The notes under the pieces: model-generated
Seen by the model: only the letters and a program-made list of their open reading frames with translations
What the model was told of the DNA's origin: nothing
Database searches by the model: none
Program-made: the position numbers and the translations under genes
DNA from: Camelus dromedarius
Lineage: Eukaryota
DNA: 64,000 nt
Assembly (NCBI RefSeq): GCF_036321535.1
Contig: NC_087437.1
Span: forward strand, 100,132,001 to 100,196,000
Reading direction: 5' to 3'
In this document: one piece after another, positions 39,417 to 52,419 of the stretch
Position numbering within the stretch: the stretch's first letter is position 1
Layout: each line of letters opens with the position of its first letter

Positions 39417-39562
39417 AAGAAAGAAAGAGAGAAAGAAAGAGAGAAAGAAAGAATAAAAGGAAGGAAGAAAGAAAGAATAAAAGGAAGGAAGAAAGAAAGA
39501 ATAAAAGGAAGAAAGAATAAAAGGAAGGAAGGAAGGAAGAGGAAAATGAAAAGAAAGATAAA
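39088..39562. repeat. Compound polypurine simple repeat (GGAAA)n(GAAAA)n(GGAAA)n(GGAA)n(GAAA)n
   Basis: Read directly; no pyrimidine from 39088 to 39453. Confidence 0.98.
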
Positions 39563-39599
39563 ATGAATGCTGAGGGTCCTAGCATTGACTATACCAAAA

Positions 39600-40062
39600 A
39601 TCCTCCATTTTCTCCTGTAGATCTACTCTCCCCCCTCTCTCTGCCCCAGGAGGCTGACCAATGCCAAGATTCCATGATTTCTGTCTGCTAGTTGGCTTCT
39701 ACCAATAGAAAGCTGTGGCAACAGAGTTTATAGAGGCAGAAGAATGAAACCAGTGTATTTATTCCTCTAAATCTCTCCTCGTAAGATCGCCTTAAGCTGG
39801 CTATATCCTCCATCTAGAGGTCAAGACCCCACTGATGGTGACACCTTGCACAACTTTCTCCTTCCGAGTTGCAGAAACCATTCTCTCTCCTTGTTGCTTT
39901 AGACCTAGAGTGTGGTGACATCTTAGATGCTACTGTGCTCAGGGTCAATGCACCATTCCTATGGTTCCCCTTCCTGTACCTTTGTAAATAGTCCCTTTGT
40001 AAACATACTCCTTGAATTTCCTATTTTAAACGTGCTGATCATATTAAGATCCAGACTGACAA
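39600..40062 (+). mobile_element. ERVL-class LTR (LTR33A-like)
   Basis: CTCTGCCCCAGGAGGCTGACC, GTATTTATTCC, TTTAGACCTAG and ACCTTTGTAAATAGTCCCTTT. Confidence 0.7.
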
Positions 40063-41319
40063 TAAGAGCCACATTTTATGTGTATAATATTTTTTAAATT
40101 AAAATAAGCAAAGAGAAATCCCAGGTGAATGTAAATAGTATGAACAATTACCAGAAGAAGCCAAAAGGAACTTCAGCTCAAAGCAATGTATCAAAAGAGT
40201 TTTCTAAATAAACACAGTTTCCCCTCAGAGATGAATTATAGTAAGATCTAGTAATGTAACTCTTTCACCTCCACCAAGCATAATTTTGCTATTTCATCAT
40301 CTCTTCTAAAGATATTTTCCACTTCATTAAATTAATACATGCACTGTTCCATCTTTTTCCATCTACAAGCCCATTTCCAAGAAGCAACTATTCCACCCCT
40401 ATATCCTTTTTGCTTGATTTTTACTTCCATATATTTTAATAATATCCTTCTTGTCCTCTTTTCTCATTTATAAATTTTAGATACAATCTAATTTATTATA
40501 AGTGAGGAATGAGCTGGCTCACCACCAACTCCCTTCCAACCAGTTGTTATATTTCTATTTTGAGTTCCTCATATAGTTACTTATCTTTAGTAAAATACTA
40601 ACTTCTTTACTCTTTATTCTACAGCTGGTGACGGTATATTGTATGGCAGTAAACCAAATGCACATTTTGACCAACACCAATGCAAACCCAAATGCGCTGC
40701 ATCCATAATTTTTCTTCCCACTTTTTAAGATATTAATGACCACAGCTTTCATTTCTGCACCACTCTGTTCATCTCTCTTGTAGCTTCTATCATCAGTGTA
40801 GTAACTTTGCAATGTCAAGCTTAATAGTGTATGTATGTATATATATGATTAATTTTTCAAAGCTTTATCTGTAAGTTGATGTGACTGATAAAATCAATAA
40901 AAGTATTAAGAATGTAGATGTGGTTTCCTGCTGACCCAAACAGTGTAGATTGATTATTGTGATATGTTTTTAACAGCTTCTGTCCAGTTTTCTAATTGTA
41001 GTGATTTTTCCCCTTGCCTTTATCCCAGCACCAGTTGATACAAAATAATTACAGGTGTTCTGTTGACTCTGCATTCCTCCTGCAGCCTTCAGTGTGGACT
41101 GGCGGAACTCCAGGTCTGCTGCATAACTGTAGTTCAGAGGTTTCCCTTCACTGTCCTTCTAGAGACAAGTTGGCTCCACTATTTCAAAGATTCCAAGATT
41201 TTTTCTGTCTCAATTTTCTTCCTCTTTTGGATATAATCCAACCTCAAATAACCTCCCTTTCAAGGGCACAGGAAATATTTTATGATTTTTATGACATTAT
41301 TCATTAGAACTTTGAAGCT

Positions 41320-41790
41320 ATTTCTTCACTGTCTTCTAACATTCAACATTGTTGATGGAAGATGTGATCCCAGACTTGTCATCTGTCTGTAGGTCATGCT
41401 TTTTTCTCAAGAAAGAATTTAGAGTCTTCTCTTTACCCTTAGTAATTTGCATTTTCACAATGATGTGTCTAGGGATGTGTCTTCATTCATTGTGTTAAGA
41501 GAACTCAGTGCAGTCTTTAACTGCAAGTTTCAGCTCTGAGAAATCACCTTGTATTTTTTTTCTAACAATGTTCTCCATTCCATTCTCTTTGACCTTTCTT
41601 TCTGGAATTCCAGGTATCTGATTTGTTGGGGTTTTGGGGGGTTTCTTTGTTTGTTTGTTTGCCTTTCAAATTATGCATCCTTTTAGCTTTGTTCTATTTT
41701 CTGTTTAATTTCTCATCTTTATCTCCCAATGTTTGTATTAAATTTTCTATTAAGTCTCCCAAAGTTTCTATTAAATTTTTTCTCACAATA
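41320..41790 (-). mobile_element. Ancient L1ME/HAL1-type fragment
   Basis: TTCACTGTCTTCTAACATTCAACATTG, TTTCACAATGATGTGTCTAGG and TTCTGGAATTCC. Confidence 0.6.
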
Positions 41791-42210
41791 TTTTGGTACC
41801 CTCAGGGTCAGTGCCTTGGACACTGGTCCAAGTGGTGTCATGGAGGATACCAGAGACACTGGTATGGTGAGGGCAACAGACACCAACCCAGTGTGAGAAA
41901 GTAGGAGGAGCTGGAGTTAAAAGAATGAAAGAATCCAAAATAGCAAAGCATAGTAGGTGGATAAGGAAGGAAATAAAATTTAATGGGCATCTATTAAATG
42001 ATCCGTCCAGCACTGTTACCTTGGATTTCTTCATGAACATTCCTGCTCCCCTATACACATACACACATGCGTGCGCGTGCACCCCAACATGACTATGGCT
42101 ACAGGAAGCTATCATGTCCTGGAGCCTGGCCTCATCACTGTTGTCCCCACTTCATTGGTTCAAGGTGGATATCTGAGCAAAGATTAGTTCATCAGTATCT
42201 TCCTCAAGGA

Positions 42211-42925
42211 TTTTTTAAAACAAACTTTTTATTTTAAAATCATTTAAGATTTACAGAAAAGTTGTGAAGATAGTATACCTCACACCCTCTTCCCCTTATT
42301 GTTAATGTTTTACATTAGCATAGAACATATTTTGCAATTAATGAACCGATGTTGATATATTCTGTTAGAACGTTGCTTCTATTTTATGACCTTGATAGTT
42401 TTAAAGAGAACTGGTCAGATATTTTGTAAAATGTCCGTCAATGGAAATTTATCTGATATTTTTCTAACGATTAGACTGGAGTTCTTGGTTTTGAGGAGAA
42501 AGACTTCAGAGATAAATTGTCATTCTCATTACAACATATCAAGGGTGCTTACCACCAGCAGGACTCATCACTGTTGTTAATCTTAATCACCTGGCCGAGA
42601 TAGCATTTGTCAGTTCTCTCTGCTGTAAAGTCACTCTTCCTCTCCTTCCATATTGTAGAGTTTGGGAGGAAGTCACTATGTGAAACCCATACCTAAAGCG
42701 CAGAAAGTTATGTTCCACCTACTTAAGGACACAGTATCTAGGTAAATCATTTGGAATTTTTCTGCATAGGAGATTTGTCTTTTTCCTTGTTTATTTATTT
42801 ATTTAATCATTTCTTTATAGTAGCCTGCATTCATTGATACTTATTTTATACTTTGAGTTTGAATTCAATATTACTTTATTGATTGCTCGAATTTTGCTCA
42901 TTTTGGCCATTGGCGGCTCCTGCCC
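42211..42925 (-). mobile_element. L1MC/L1MD-type 3' end inserted into an older LTR remnant (about 42080-43240)
   Basis: TTTAAGATTTACAGAAAAGTTG, ATGACCTTGATAGTTTT..CTGGTCAGATATTTTGTA and TCACCTGGCCGAG..TGTAAAGT; flanks CA(A/G)GGATTTTT. Confidence 0.8.
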
Positions 42926-43939
42926 CAGGGATTTTTGACCTGATAATAAGAGACTTTCTGGCTAGCTGAGTGTATTTTATGTAAAACTCAAAAGTTGTTT
43001 GAAGCCAAATTTTTTTCCGTCAGAGTAGAAAAGTGTGCAGAGAGAAAGGAAAGAATTAAGTAAATGTAGTCTAAAAAAAAAAAAAAAAACCAGAAAAGAG
43101 CCCAAAGCAGATACCCCTCTGCCCCTACTTCTTTGGTTAGACTCACATCCTGAGACCTTGTTTTCCCAGCCTGAGATTTTGTGTGCCCCTTCAGTTTCCA
43201 CAAACAAAATTCTCTTTTTGTTTAAATTAGATCTATTTCCTTAACCTAAAAAGTTAAAACAGAAGCACTGCATTATTCAGGTGAGGACACAGGTGAAGAA
43301 ATTTCAAGAAACAGCTTTTACTGTGAGTCCACTGACACCTAGAAACCCAGAGTTCAGCTGCATTTCCCTCCATCCCAACCCCATCCTGCCATCCACAGTC
43401 CTGTCCCAGAGGCTCTGAGAATGACTGCTACCAACACATTTAGCTCTGCCCACCCTTAGAAGCCACAGGCTCCAGACCAGGTGGTACATCCAGAGTCCTT
43501 TGCTTCTAAGTTGAATTTAGGTCCCTTGGAGTCTAAATAAGCCCTTGCCAGAAGCTTCCAAGCCGACAGTGAAAACCAGCACTGCCCAGAGGACTCAGCA
43601 TGGGTCCCTCTCTTCCAGATATCTCAGGAACAGTGACACTGATGGAGCTGGGCTGATGCCATCTGGGACTGATCTCCACTTTGGTCTCCACCTCCTGGCC
43701 TGCCAACACCTCTTCTGCTGCTCTAGTCAGTTGTACTGGCAATAGTCCTACTATCTCCACTTTATCTCCCCTACTCCAGCCAGCTTTTTCTTTCCTATAA
43801 CATAATTGTTCCTACTTTCTTCAATCTTTGTGGAAAGCCCCAAGATAGCATATCAGCACTCGGTGTTTGCATATTATACTCTACATTATGATGCCAATAT
43901 AAGACGTGAGAAGAAATTTCATTCTACCTCAAGAACAAG

Positions 43940-44090
43940 TTTTACGATAGACATCATTCCTATATCACAAATTACGAAACAGTCACTCAGAGAGATTTGT
44001 TGTCTTATCTGACACAATGTAGGTGAAGCTGGCATTCAACTAAGGTCTTCTGATTCCAAGAACAGCGCTCATTCCACCATACTATACTGC
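43940..44090 (-). mobile_element. MIR SINE fragment
   Basis: CACTCAGAGAG..GCTGGCATTCAACTAAGGTCTTCTGATTCCAAGAACAGCGCTC. Confidence 0.6.
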
Positions 44091-44552
44091 ATGCATTAAT
44101 AAATTACTCAGTTAAGCTGGGATCTTATTCATTGGCTGAAGAGAGTATATAGCTACCTTAAGTGATAGCCTTCTTAGCATAGCCAAGAAAACCATCAGAT
44201 CTGTGTGTATAACCAACATAGTGTCCACCTTCATTTTACATAAGTGTTAAGAACAATTTCTTCCTTTCACAAATATATTGTAGTAGGTATGAGAAAGTTA
44301 AATGATCAATATGGTTTATTATTGTTAGTAATATAATAACAGAAAACATGATTCCAGCCTTATCTTCTTTAGTTAAACTATAATTCAAAACACTGATAGG
44401 TATTTTAGGAATTAGATTGGATTTTGTTTCTAATTGGAAATTAAAAGCCACCTCCATCTAAAAGGCATATCAAGGGCTTCAATACAAACTTGTCTAGACT
44501 GGGAGGTTTACTGAAGGTGTAATGTAGTTACACACATTTCAAATAAAGTCGC

Positions 44553-45125
44553 TGAATTAGCTTTCCATTGTTATTCTAACAAATTATCACAAATTTAGTG
44601 GCTTGAAACAACACAAATATACTTATATTACAGTTCTGGAGATCAGGAGTCTGGGGCTCAACAGCCTAAAATCGAATGCTATGTTCCTCTCTGGATTCTC
44701 TAGGGGACGATCCACTTGCAAGCTCATTCAGGTTTTTAGCAGAATTCAGTTCCCTGCAGTTGTAGGACTGAGGTCCTCACTTCCTTGCTGGCTGAGTACC
44801 CTCTCCAGCTTCTAGAGGCCGCTGCCTGCCTTTGCTCTCAGCCTCCTTCTTCCATCTTCAAAACCAGCAGTCGTGGATGGAGTCCTTCCCAAGCTTCAGA
44901 TCTCTCCTTTCTGTCTTGTCTCTCTGACCTGGCTTGGAAAGGTTCTCCATTTCTCACATGATTAGATTGAGTCCACACAGATGATCCAGGATCCAACCTC
45001 CCCATTTCAAAGTCTGTTCTTTTCATCATACCTGCAAAGACACTTTTGCCAGATCAGGTAACATATTCCCAGGTGCCAGGCATTAAGACCCGGGCATGTC
45101 TGGGGCCATGGTTCCACCCATCACA
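44553..45125 (-). mobile_element. MLT1D/E-type MaLR solo LTR
   Basis: ACAAATTATCACAAATTTAGTGGCTTGAAACAACACAAAT, GCAGAATTCAGTTCCCTGCAGTTGTAGGACTGAGG, CCATCTTCAAAACCAGCA and end ..CCCATCACA. Confidence 0.9.
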
Positions 45126-46914
45126 GCTGCACAAGCACTGTTACCTTCAACCACACAGACTTTTAAACCTCTCACATTTATTTGCTGCATTCGAATAAGC
45201 AAAACTGTTTTAAACTTTTTTCTTCATTCCAAAGTTTTTCTTAATTCCCCCTCCCCCAAAAAATGTATGCTCTGTCCATAAAATTTAGGAAGTGAATGTA
45301 TAAATTCATTCATATTAAATTTTCTAAACCATTTTCATGAACAATATATTTGATAAGTTCTGTTTGCCTTCCTTTCACTTCCTTGTACAACCCCCCACTG
45401 ACTTAACTTGATTTCAGAGAAATTTATGACTGCTTTCTCTCTTCTTGAACATTGAAATTACGCTTTGAGAGCAGCAGACTTCCTGAAGAGTAAGAATCAC
45501 TCGTGCCTTTTTCTATATGAAGAAACTAAAATTTTCAGTTTTACCAGAAGTCATCCCGTCTTTCAACAATGACTAGTTTCCAGTAATGACATCTCACTCC
45601 TACTCAACCCTAATAAAACATTTAAAATACTGCTTAATTAACAATAAACTGACCTTTCCAGGGACCAGTTACCCAGAAAATGCATTAACAAATCTTTGCT
45701 TCCCCTTTTCTTTGTCAATACTAAGCAAGTTATCTCCTATATTAGAACGGTCAGAAGAAATAAAGGATGCGATTGAAAAATCAGTTGGTATTAACTGTAA
45801 TTTTTTTTCAGTAGCTCTGGCAAAGCATGAACATTATGTTACAATTCTAATATGTGGGTAAAATGAAACTTATCTGTTTCTTTTCTTGTTTTGTCTTCAA
45901 CTACCTTTCCCCCGATCTTATGTATAACCAGCTTCAAATATCATGTTGACGCAGGTAACTCTCAAGTCCATGTTGCCAGACAAATGGCCTATTCTCTCAT
46001 TTCTGAAAGCTGCGTTCGAACATTCCTTATGAACTCAAACTCCAAACATCAAAAACGTTAGTCATCAATTTTACTACCATTATAATTGTTGTACTCAGAG
46101 AGTTGAAGAGGGAGAGAACAAAGAAGGTTAGATAAGAACTTTGGGGTTGAATGTCTCAGAAATTAACAACATGAGGAATCTGTTCATGTAACAACGGACA
46201 GTGAAGCCGTTCCCTAGAGCAGTGCTGACTTCTACACACAACTGAAGAGAACTGAGGTGAGGTCACTGGTAAATTAGCAAATGGCTCTTCTAAAGGTAGT
46301 GACAATTCATCCTCCTGAAATAACACATGAAGACCATTTGGGGAAAGATGGAAAGAATGAATGGGGTGTGAAGAACCAGGAATGCGGCCAGAGTGATCGA
46401 CTGATGTTTTCAAGATATAGATCTGATCACACCTCCACTCTCCATCTCCCGAGACAGGGCTCAGTTCACAATGCAGTCTACCACCATTGAGTCTTCCATG
46501 TCCCGGACAAATATTCTCAGCCTTACAGAAACATGGAGCAATGCCTTTGTTCTTGATAATGACTGATGAGTTCCTTTTATCCCTGCAAGCTCTCTGGCCT
46601 GCAGCAGTTGAGGCAATGCCAGAGGGCCCAGGCACTCTCCCAAGGACCCAAGACTGCCTTACCAGATGCAGCACACGTAGCTGCTCTGCCTGTGAGCTCC
46701 CTGCAGGAGCAGACACAGGTGGCTTCATAATCTCTGCTCCCCCTGGTGCTGGCTTCAGATCCAGGCAGGAGACAGGAGCTATGGATAAGTCGTAAATTAG
46801 GTACCACATGCAGAGATCTTAAAGTTCAGAAAAGCAAGGGACTCAACTATCCCAGCAGTTCATTTCACACTGCCCCTTCAATCAGCCTGGAATTTCTCAT
46901 TCCACCATATCTGC

Positions 46915-47185
46915 TTGTCTTTATCTATTGCTACATAATAAATTACCCTCAAATTTAATGCCTTAAAACAACAAGCATTTATTATCCCAGTTTCTGTGGT
47001 TCAGGAGCTTAGTTATGTGAGTCTGGCACAGAGTCTGTCAGGAGGCTGCAATCAGGATGTCAGCCAGAACTAGAGTTGTCTGAAGGCTTGACTGGACCTG
47101 GTGCGTTCCCTGCCAAGCTCACTCATCACTCATACGGCTATTGGCCAGAAGCCTCAATTCTTTGCCATATGATCCTCTCCATAGA
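46915..47185 (-). mobile_element. MLT1 (F/H-type) LTR fragment
   Basis: TATCTATTGCTACATAATAAATTACCCTCAAATTTAATGCCTTAAAACAACAAGCATTTATTATC..GAGGCTGCAATCAGGATGTCAGCCAG. Confidence 0.8.
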
Positions 47186-47848
47186 GTAAGTGAGCTGAGA
47201 GAGAGAGCAACCACCAAAAGGAAAAAAAAAGTAAAATGTATTATGTGGCTTTCACAATCTCCAGGAAGGCCAGAGCCTCAGTCTTGGCATTTCCACAGAA
47301 AAAACAGCACCCCAACCAGGAGGACCGCCCCATTGGCAATATCTCAGATGACATCGTTGGGTACAGACACTGCAGTTTAAACAACTGATACTAAACACTA
47401 AAAAACAGAACCTCCACTGCTAATTCTGCTAAAAGCCAGATACCACCATTTCCCGTACCGGGAAACAGTGGATTCTGTAAGGCACACCATCCTCAAGGTC
47501 CTCTCTGCCATATCAAACTCTGAAGCACCTCACTGGTAGAGCCAGTGCCTACTCCCCAAGTGCAAAAGGAAACTGGGAAAATTAACTTCTGTTTTCTGTC
47601 TTGGGGGATTTTACTCCCCAATATAACATGGAAAATTCCCAAACTAAAATAAGGTATCCGAAAGATGCTGGACAATAACAAAGCCTAAAAGGTCCACTCC
47701 ACTGAGTTTCCCAAAATCAGCAAACTTGCAAACAGCAACAACAAACAAATTCTTAACATAACGCCACTATCTTTCGTATAATTGAAAATGGATGTACCTC
47801 CTTAACGGTGAATCAGTTTTAAAATTTCATAATATAGATATATATCAT

Positions 47849-47892
47849 ACACACACACATATACACACACACACACATACATATACACGTAC
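47849..47892. repeat. Imperfect (CA)n/(TA)n microsatellite
   Basis: Read directly from the sequence. Confidence 0.85.
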
Positions 47893-49221
47893 CCATGGTC
47901 TATGGATAATATCCTTAGACCTACATCTTGATAATGTCCCCAACATGACATTCTGTAATCTGTGGACTAAGTTGTAAAGTCACACACTACCAGCACAGCC
48001 TATGTAAAATAGTAGAATATTTGCTGGAATAAAGAAATGAATAACTGAGAGAGCAAGGACAGAAACAGAAGTAGATAACACTAGTCCTACAGGTGGTCAT
48101 AAAGCTACATAGTTGACAAGTTAAGACTTACCTCCTCCACAGCATCTTCCATGTTCCTTTGTTCTAAGCCAGCAGCTTGTGAACTAACCCAAACATTTAT
48201 TCCTAAGGGGCCGGAGTCCTTGACGCCTGGGGAGAGGGATTACGCTGCCACCTAACATTCATCTTTACCGCCTGATGTGACAGGAAGCCAAGTGGCCTCC
48301 TGGGTTCAACACTCTTCTCAGCCTCTCTCAACACAGCAGCAGCCCTGGTCTCTTTTAGTAACAGGTTTTTTCACTCCCAGACAACACTGCAACCCTGAAT
48401 ACCTGCCTGTTTATTCAGTGACATGAGGAGTCAAAAATGAGCAAGTGTTTCAACTTTCAATATAGTAGTACTATTGTTACGTTCTCTGGTGAAATATTCT
48501 TATTCAGTTGGAAAAACCTCAATCTCAGATTCTGTAGAAACATGTTTGTCTCTCTAGGTGTCTCTAGGAAGTCTTTCTTATTTTGGTTACTTAAACTTTC
48601 AAACAAATTGTGGGAGTGGCAACAAACTGTTACTACCAAAAAATTGGTAAATTGGTCAGAGATACCAATTTTATTTGCACTCTTGATTCTCAGATCCATG
48701 TCTATGTATTCTGACTTTAGGACAAATACATATATATTTTTCACTTTCCCCACTTTATTAAAGAAAAAGCAATGATGGCAAATCTCTAGAACATAGTCAG
48801 TTTTATGGGATTCTTCCCTTAAAAACATGACATTTCCAAACACATGGCCAGAGTGTACATGGTTTCTAACTGTACTAAGTAGGTGAGATGCTGAAATCCT
48901 AAAATGTTCATCTTCCAACTTTCCCCAGTCTGTGCTCTGCTTTGGATTGGCAGTAATCACCTGAACAGCTGCTATGGCCTCGTTAATTTCTGTCTGTAGC
49001 TCTCTGAGCTCTTCTGTACGCAGTGTTCACAGAATCTGAGCAGCTTCCTTAAGAACTGCATCTCCTATGTCAAGACCAAGAATATGCTTGCCTAAAGTGA
49101 CAGGCAAGCCATCTTTTGTTTGATTTGCTTTAGCAACTGCATCCTGCATATATAATATATAATATACTATGTATTATATATATTTGGAGAAAGAGATAGA
49201 GGAGACAGAGATAGAGACAGG

Positions 49222-49771
49222 GATGTAATTAAGATAATTAATCAGCTAGCTGACCTTAAAATATAGAGATTTTCCTGGGTTATTCAGGCCCAATGTAATT
49301 ACACGAGGCCTTACAAGCAGAAGAGGAAGACAGAAGGGTCACTAGAAGAGGTGTGACAGAGACACACACTGGAGAGATGAAGCAGAGAGATCTGAAGCAT
49401 GAGAGGGACTCGAAGGGCCATTGTTGGCTTCAAAGGAGGTCATAATCCAGGAAATGCGGGCAGCCTCTAGAATGATTCCAGTTCACAATCAGCAAGGAAG
49501 TGGGGAACTTCAATCCAAACTAGGATGGAACTAAATTCTGCCAACAACCTGAATGGGCCTGGAAATGAATTCTCTACTAAAGCTTCCAGAAAGGAACATG
49601 TCCCTGCTGACATCTTGATTTCAGCCTTGGAAGACTCTAAACAGAGAACCAGCTGAGCTATGCCGTGCCTGGACTTCTGACCCAAAGAAATCCTGGGATA
49701 ATAAACAGGCCACTTTTATAAACCGCTAGATTTAGGGTAATTTGTTACGGCAGCAACAGAAAGCTAACACA
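49222..49771 (+). mobile_element. MLT1E-type MaLR LTR
   Basis: GCTGACCTTAAAATATAGAGATT, ATTCTGCCAACAACCTGAATG, GACATCTTGATTTCAGCCTTG and end TAATTTGTTACGGCAGCAACAGAAAGCTAACACA. Confidence 0.9.
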
Positions 49772-49859
49772 ATAAGGCATTTGGTAAGTCTCCAGATAGC
49801 ATTCACACAAAAGCACGATCATCAGACAAGGCAAGTGGAAATACAGAATAAATCATCTA

Positions 49860-51115
49860 GTCTACCAAGAATAAATTACTTCTCCTATATGATGCTCTGT
49901 GTCCAATATAATCAACTAAGTGGCTGGCTGGAGTCCTAGGCATATGGTAGCATACAGCAATTCAGAGCAGGTCGATGCTGGTAACAAATTGGACAATCAA
50001 CCGCGACAGCTGCCCTGTTAGCTCTGGCATGAGGAAGTCTATCTTGTTGAAGCCATGTGTAATCTATGACTCTTGGTTATAGTCACAATCTACCTTGTAT
50101 ACGAACCCATTAAGCAAGGACCAAAACTGGGGTAACTAGGGAAAAACAGAGTAACAAGTCCTCCTGTCTACTTGATCACTGAGATCCTCTTCTGCAGTAG
50201 GATACCTCTCATAAATATACACATGGGGCATAAATCTTCCCATGTTCCAAAGGATGAATCCACCTACTACTTCCTCAAGTGTCCTAGTCACCAATCCTCC
50301 AGTGTTTTTCCACACAGTTCTCTGGAAATATTCTGGATATAGATCCATTTCCTCAAGGCATTTCTCCTACCACGTAAATTGGACAATGAAACATCCTGGT
50401 CCAAGTTTTGCACATTGGGAGGATTTCTCTTCTTCACTCTCCTTTAGGGGCACCTCTAAGTCTATAATTGGGCCAGAATCCAGTTCTGGTTGGTGCATAG
50501 CCATCAGTAAACAGGCTCATTCTTTTTCTTCCCAATCAACTCATCTAAAGAAACTTTCTCTATAAGAGTTGAGGGGAGATGTGGCTGTGTAGCCAGAGTA
50601 AGCATATTAGAAGTTGTGAGCCATCTGTTTATTCAATTTAATTTGGCCCTTTGGAACTGAAATACATCACTGTAACTTGACGTTAAAGGGCTGCTGAACC
50701 ACCCAGGCTTGGGTTCAGATATCACCCAGTCCTCGATGGGCAATGTAGGTCCCAGGAGAACTTAGGATGCCATGGCCAGGAATTAAATCTCCATTAGGAA
50801 TAAGGAGAAGACCAAGAGCTTCTTCTCAAAAAGACTAGTTATCTGTCAAAGAGAGCATTACAATTCCACTCAAAGGCCTGCCACAGACTTCATTCATACA
50901 GATCAGCCATGGATATTTGGATACTCCAGGTCTTAAAAGACCCAACAGACCCTCTGGCCCAGCTAAAGTGTACTCTCTTGCCCTGGAACCCACTCCGAGC
51001 TGGCAAGCAGCCTTCTGGGCTACTTGGTTAAATGTTTGAGTTATGTTCCTTCTAAAATCTAAAGAAGACCACCAAGCATGGTGATCGTTTTTTAGCAGTA
51101 GGGGAAGCAAATTTC
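49860..51115 (-). mobile_element. Second ERV-L pol remnant (RT end, RNase H, integrase N-terminus)
   Basis: Minus strand gives AEEDLSDQVDR (ERV-L EEDFNNQVDR), AAATCCTCCCAATGTGCAAAACTT (KSSQWAEL-like) and GTTGATTATATTGGAC (VDYIG). Confidence 0.8.
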
Positions 51116-51529
51116 ACAAGTTTTGAAAAACAAACAGAACCAGATCTTATATACTTCTATCTATCTTCTGTACAGCAAAGATTTCCATTTCACAAATCTG
51201 AGAAAAAAATTAAATTTTTAAAAATACAATGTCTACTTTGATCTAGTGTTAATCTCTAGAAGGGAGAAATAAGTTTAAAAAAATTTTAATACAATGAAGT
51301 AGAGCTTAATAATGCTTATCCTGGGAGTTATTTTATCTTCTTAATTATTTAAGTTTATTAATCTTTAATCTCCTGGACTACTGAAAAATACAGAGATTAA
51401 AAGTTTTAAATTTTTTCATTTTAGTTTTAATTTAAAAACACATCAACCCAGTTATTCAAAAACTTATGAGTGTGTTTGGAATGTTTGTTTTAAGTGTATT
51501 TAGAACAATGAGGCATGTGCATCTACTTC

Positions 51530-51820
51530 TTTGACTGCAAATTTTATATCTAAATACAGATCAAGCATCTCCTATGAAAATTTGGTGTCCAAATAGACGA
51601 ATTCTAAGTATAAAACACTAGATTTTAAAGACAGAGTATTAAAGATGTAAAATATTTTTATTATTAATTTTTTGGGTTTTTTTATGGAGGTCCTGGGGAT
51701 TGAACTCAGCACCTTGTGCATCTATACCCTCCCCCCCACCATAGAGTATTTTTTATGTTGATTACATGTTGAAATATATTTTAGATATTTGGGGGTAAAT
51801 AAAATATATTACTAAAAATT
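51530..51820. mobile_element. MER33/Charlie-type hAT fragment interrupted by a SINE
   Basis: TCTAAATACAGATCAAGCAT..GAAAATTTGGTGTCC and TTGATTACATGTTGAAAT..TAAATAAAATATATTACTAAAA. Confidence 0.75.
51662..51740 (-). mobile_element. Internally deleted vic-1-like SINE
   Basis: Minus strand reads GGGGGGGAGGGTATAG-ATGCACAAGGTGCTGAGTTCAATCCCCAGGACCTCCATAAAAAAA. Confidence 0.75.
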
Positions 51821-52062
51821 TGTTAAAAGAAGAATATAGGGATTAATAAGGCACTTACACAATGACTCATAAAGCATTTCATATTTTTCCAGTACCTACC
51901 ACAGTTTCTGGCTCTTTTTATAATCGCAACAAATGTTTCTCTGAATGCCTGATAGGATCCTCACTAATGTGGTAGAGCAGCAATAGTGTGAACATTGGAG
52001 CCTAAAAATATCTAGAACTAAATCTCATCTCTAATACTTATCAGCTCTGAGACCCAGGGGGA

Positions 52063-52419
52063 ATTAGCTGGACTGAATAATGATGCCTCCAAAGATATCC
52101 ACCTCCTGGTCGCTGGGACCTGTGAATATGTCACTTTAAATGACAAAAGGGACTTTGTAGATGTGATTAAATTAAGGATTTTGAGATGGAGAGATTATCT
52201 TGGACTATCCGGGTGGGCCCATTGTAATTACAGGGTCCTTATAGGAGGAATGTAGGAAGGTGAGAGTCAAATACAGAGCTGTAATGATGGAGGCAGAGAT
52301 TTGAGGAATACAGCCTTCCTGAAACCTTGATTTTAGGACTCCAGAACCATAAAAGAATAAATGTGTGTTGTCTTAAACAATTAAAATTGTGGTAATTTGC
52401 ATAACTGAAAAGTCATTCA
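52063..52419 (+). mobile_element. MLT1D-type LTR with internal deletion, inserted in a MIR; a further MIR lies at 52560-52770
   Basis: CCAAAGATATCCAC..ACCTGTGAATATG..AAAAGGGACTTTGTAGATGTGATTAAATTAAGGATTTTGAGATGG..AGAATAAATGTGTGTTG. Confidence 0.85.

Noticed and set aside
39013..39585. Four K/E/R-rich or F/L/S-rich ORFs of 147-177 aa
   Set aside because: They are translations of the purine microsatellite, which lacks stop codons.
46156..46809. 217-aa minus-strand ORF and overlapping ORFs
   Set aside because: No recognisable domain. It overlaps an L2-like remnant (GCCAGAGTGATC..ATCTGATCA, about 46385-46450), and the locally higher GC leaves several frames open by chance.
48437..48960. 167-aa and 112-aa overlapping ORFs
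   Set aside because: No recognisable family, the longer one has a non-ATG start, and I see no convincing exon boundaries.
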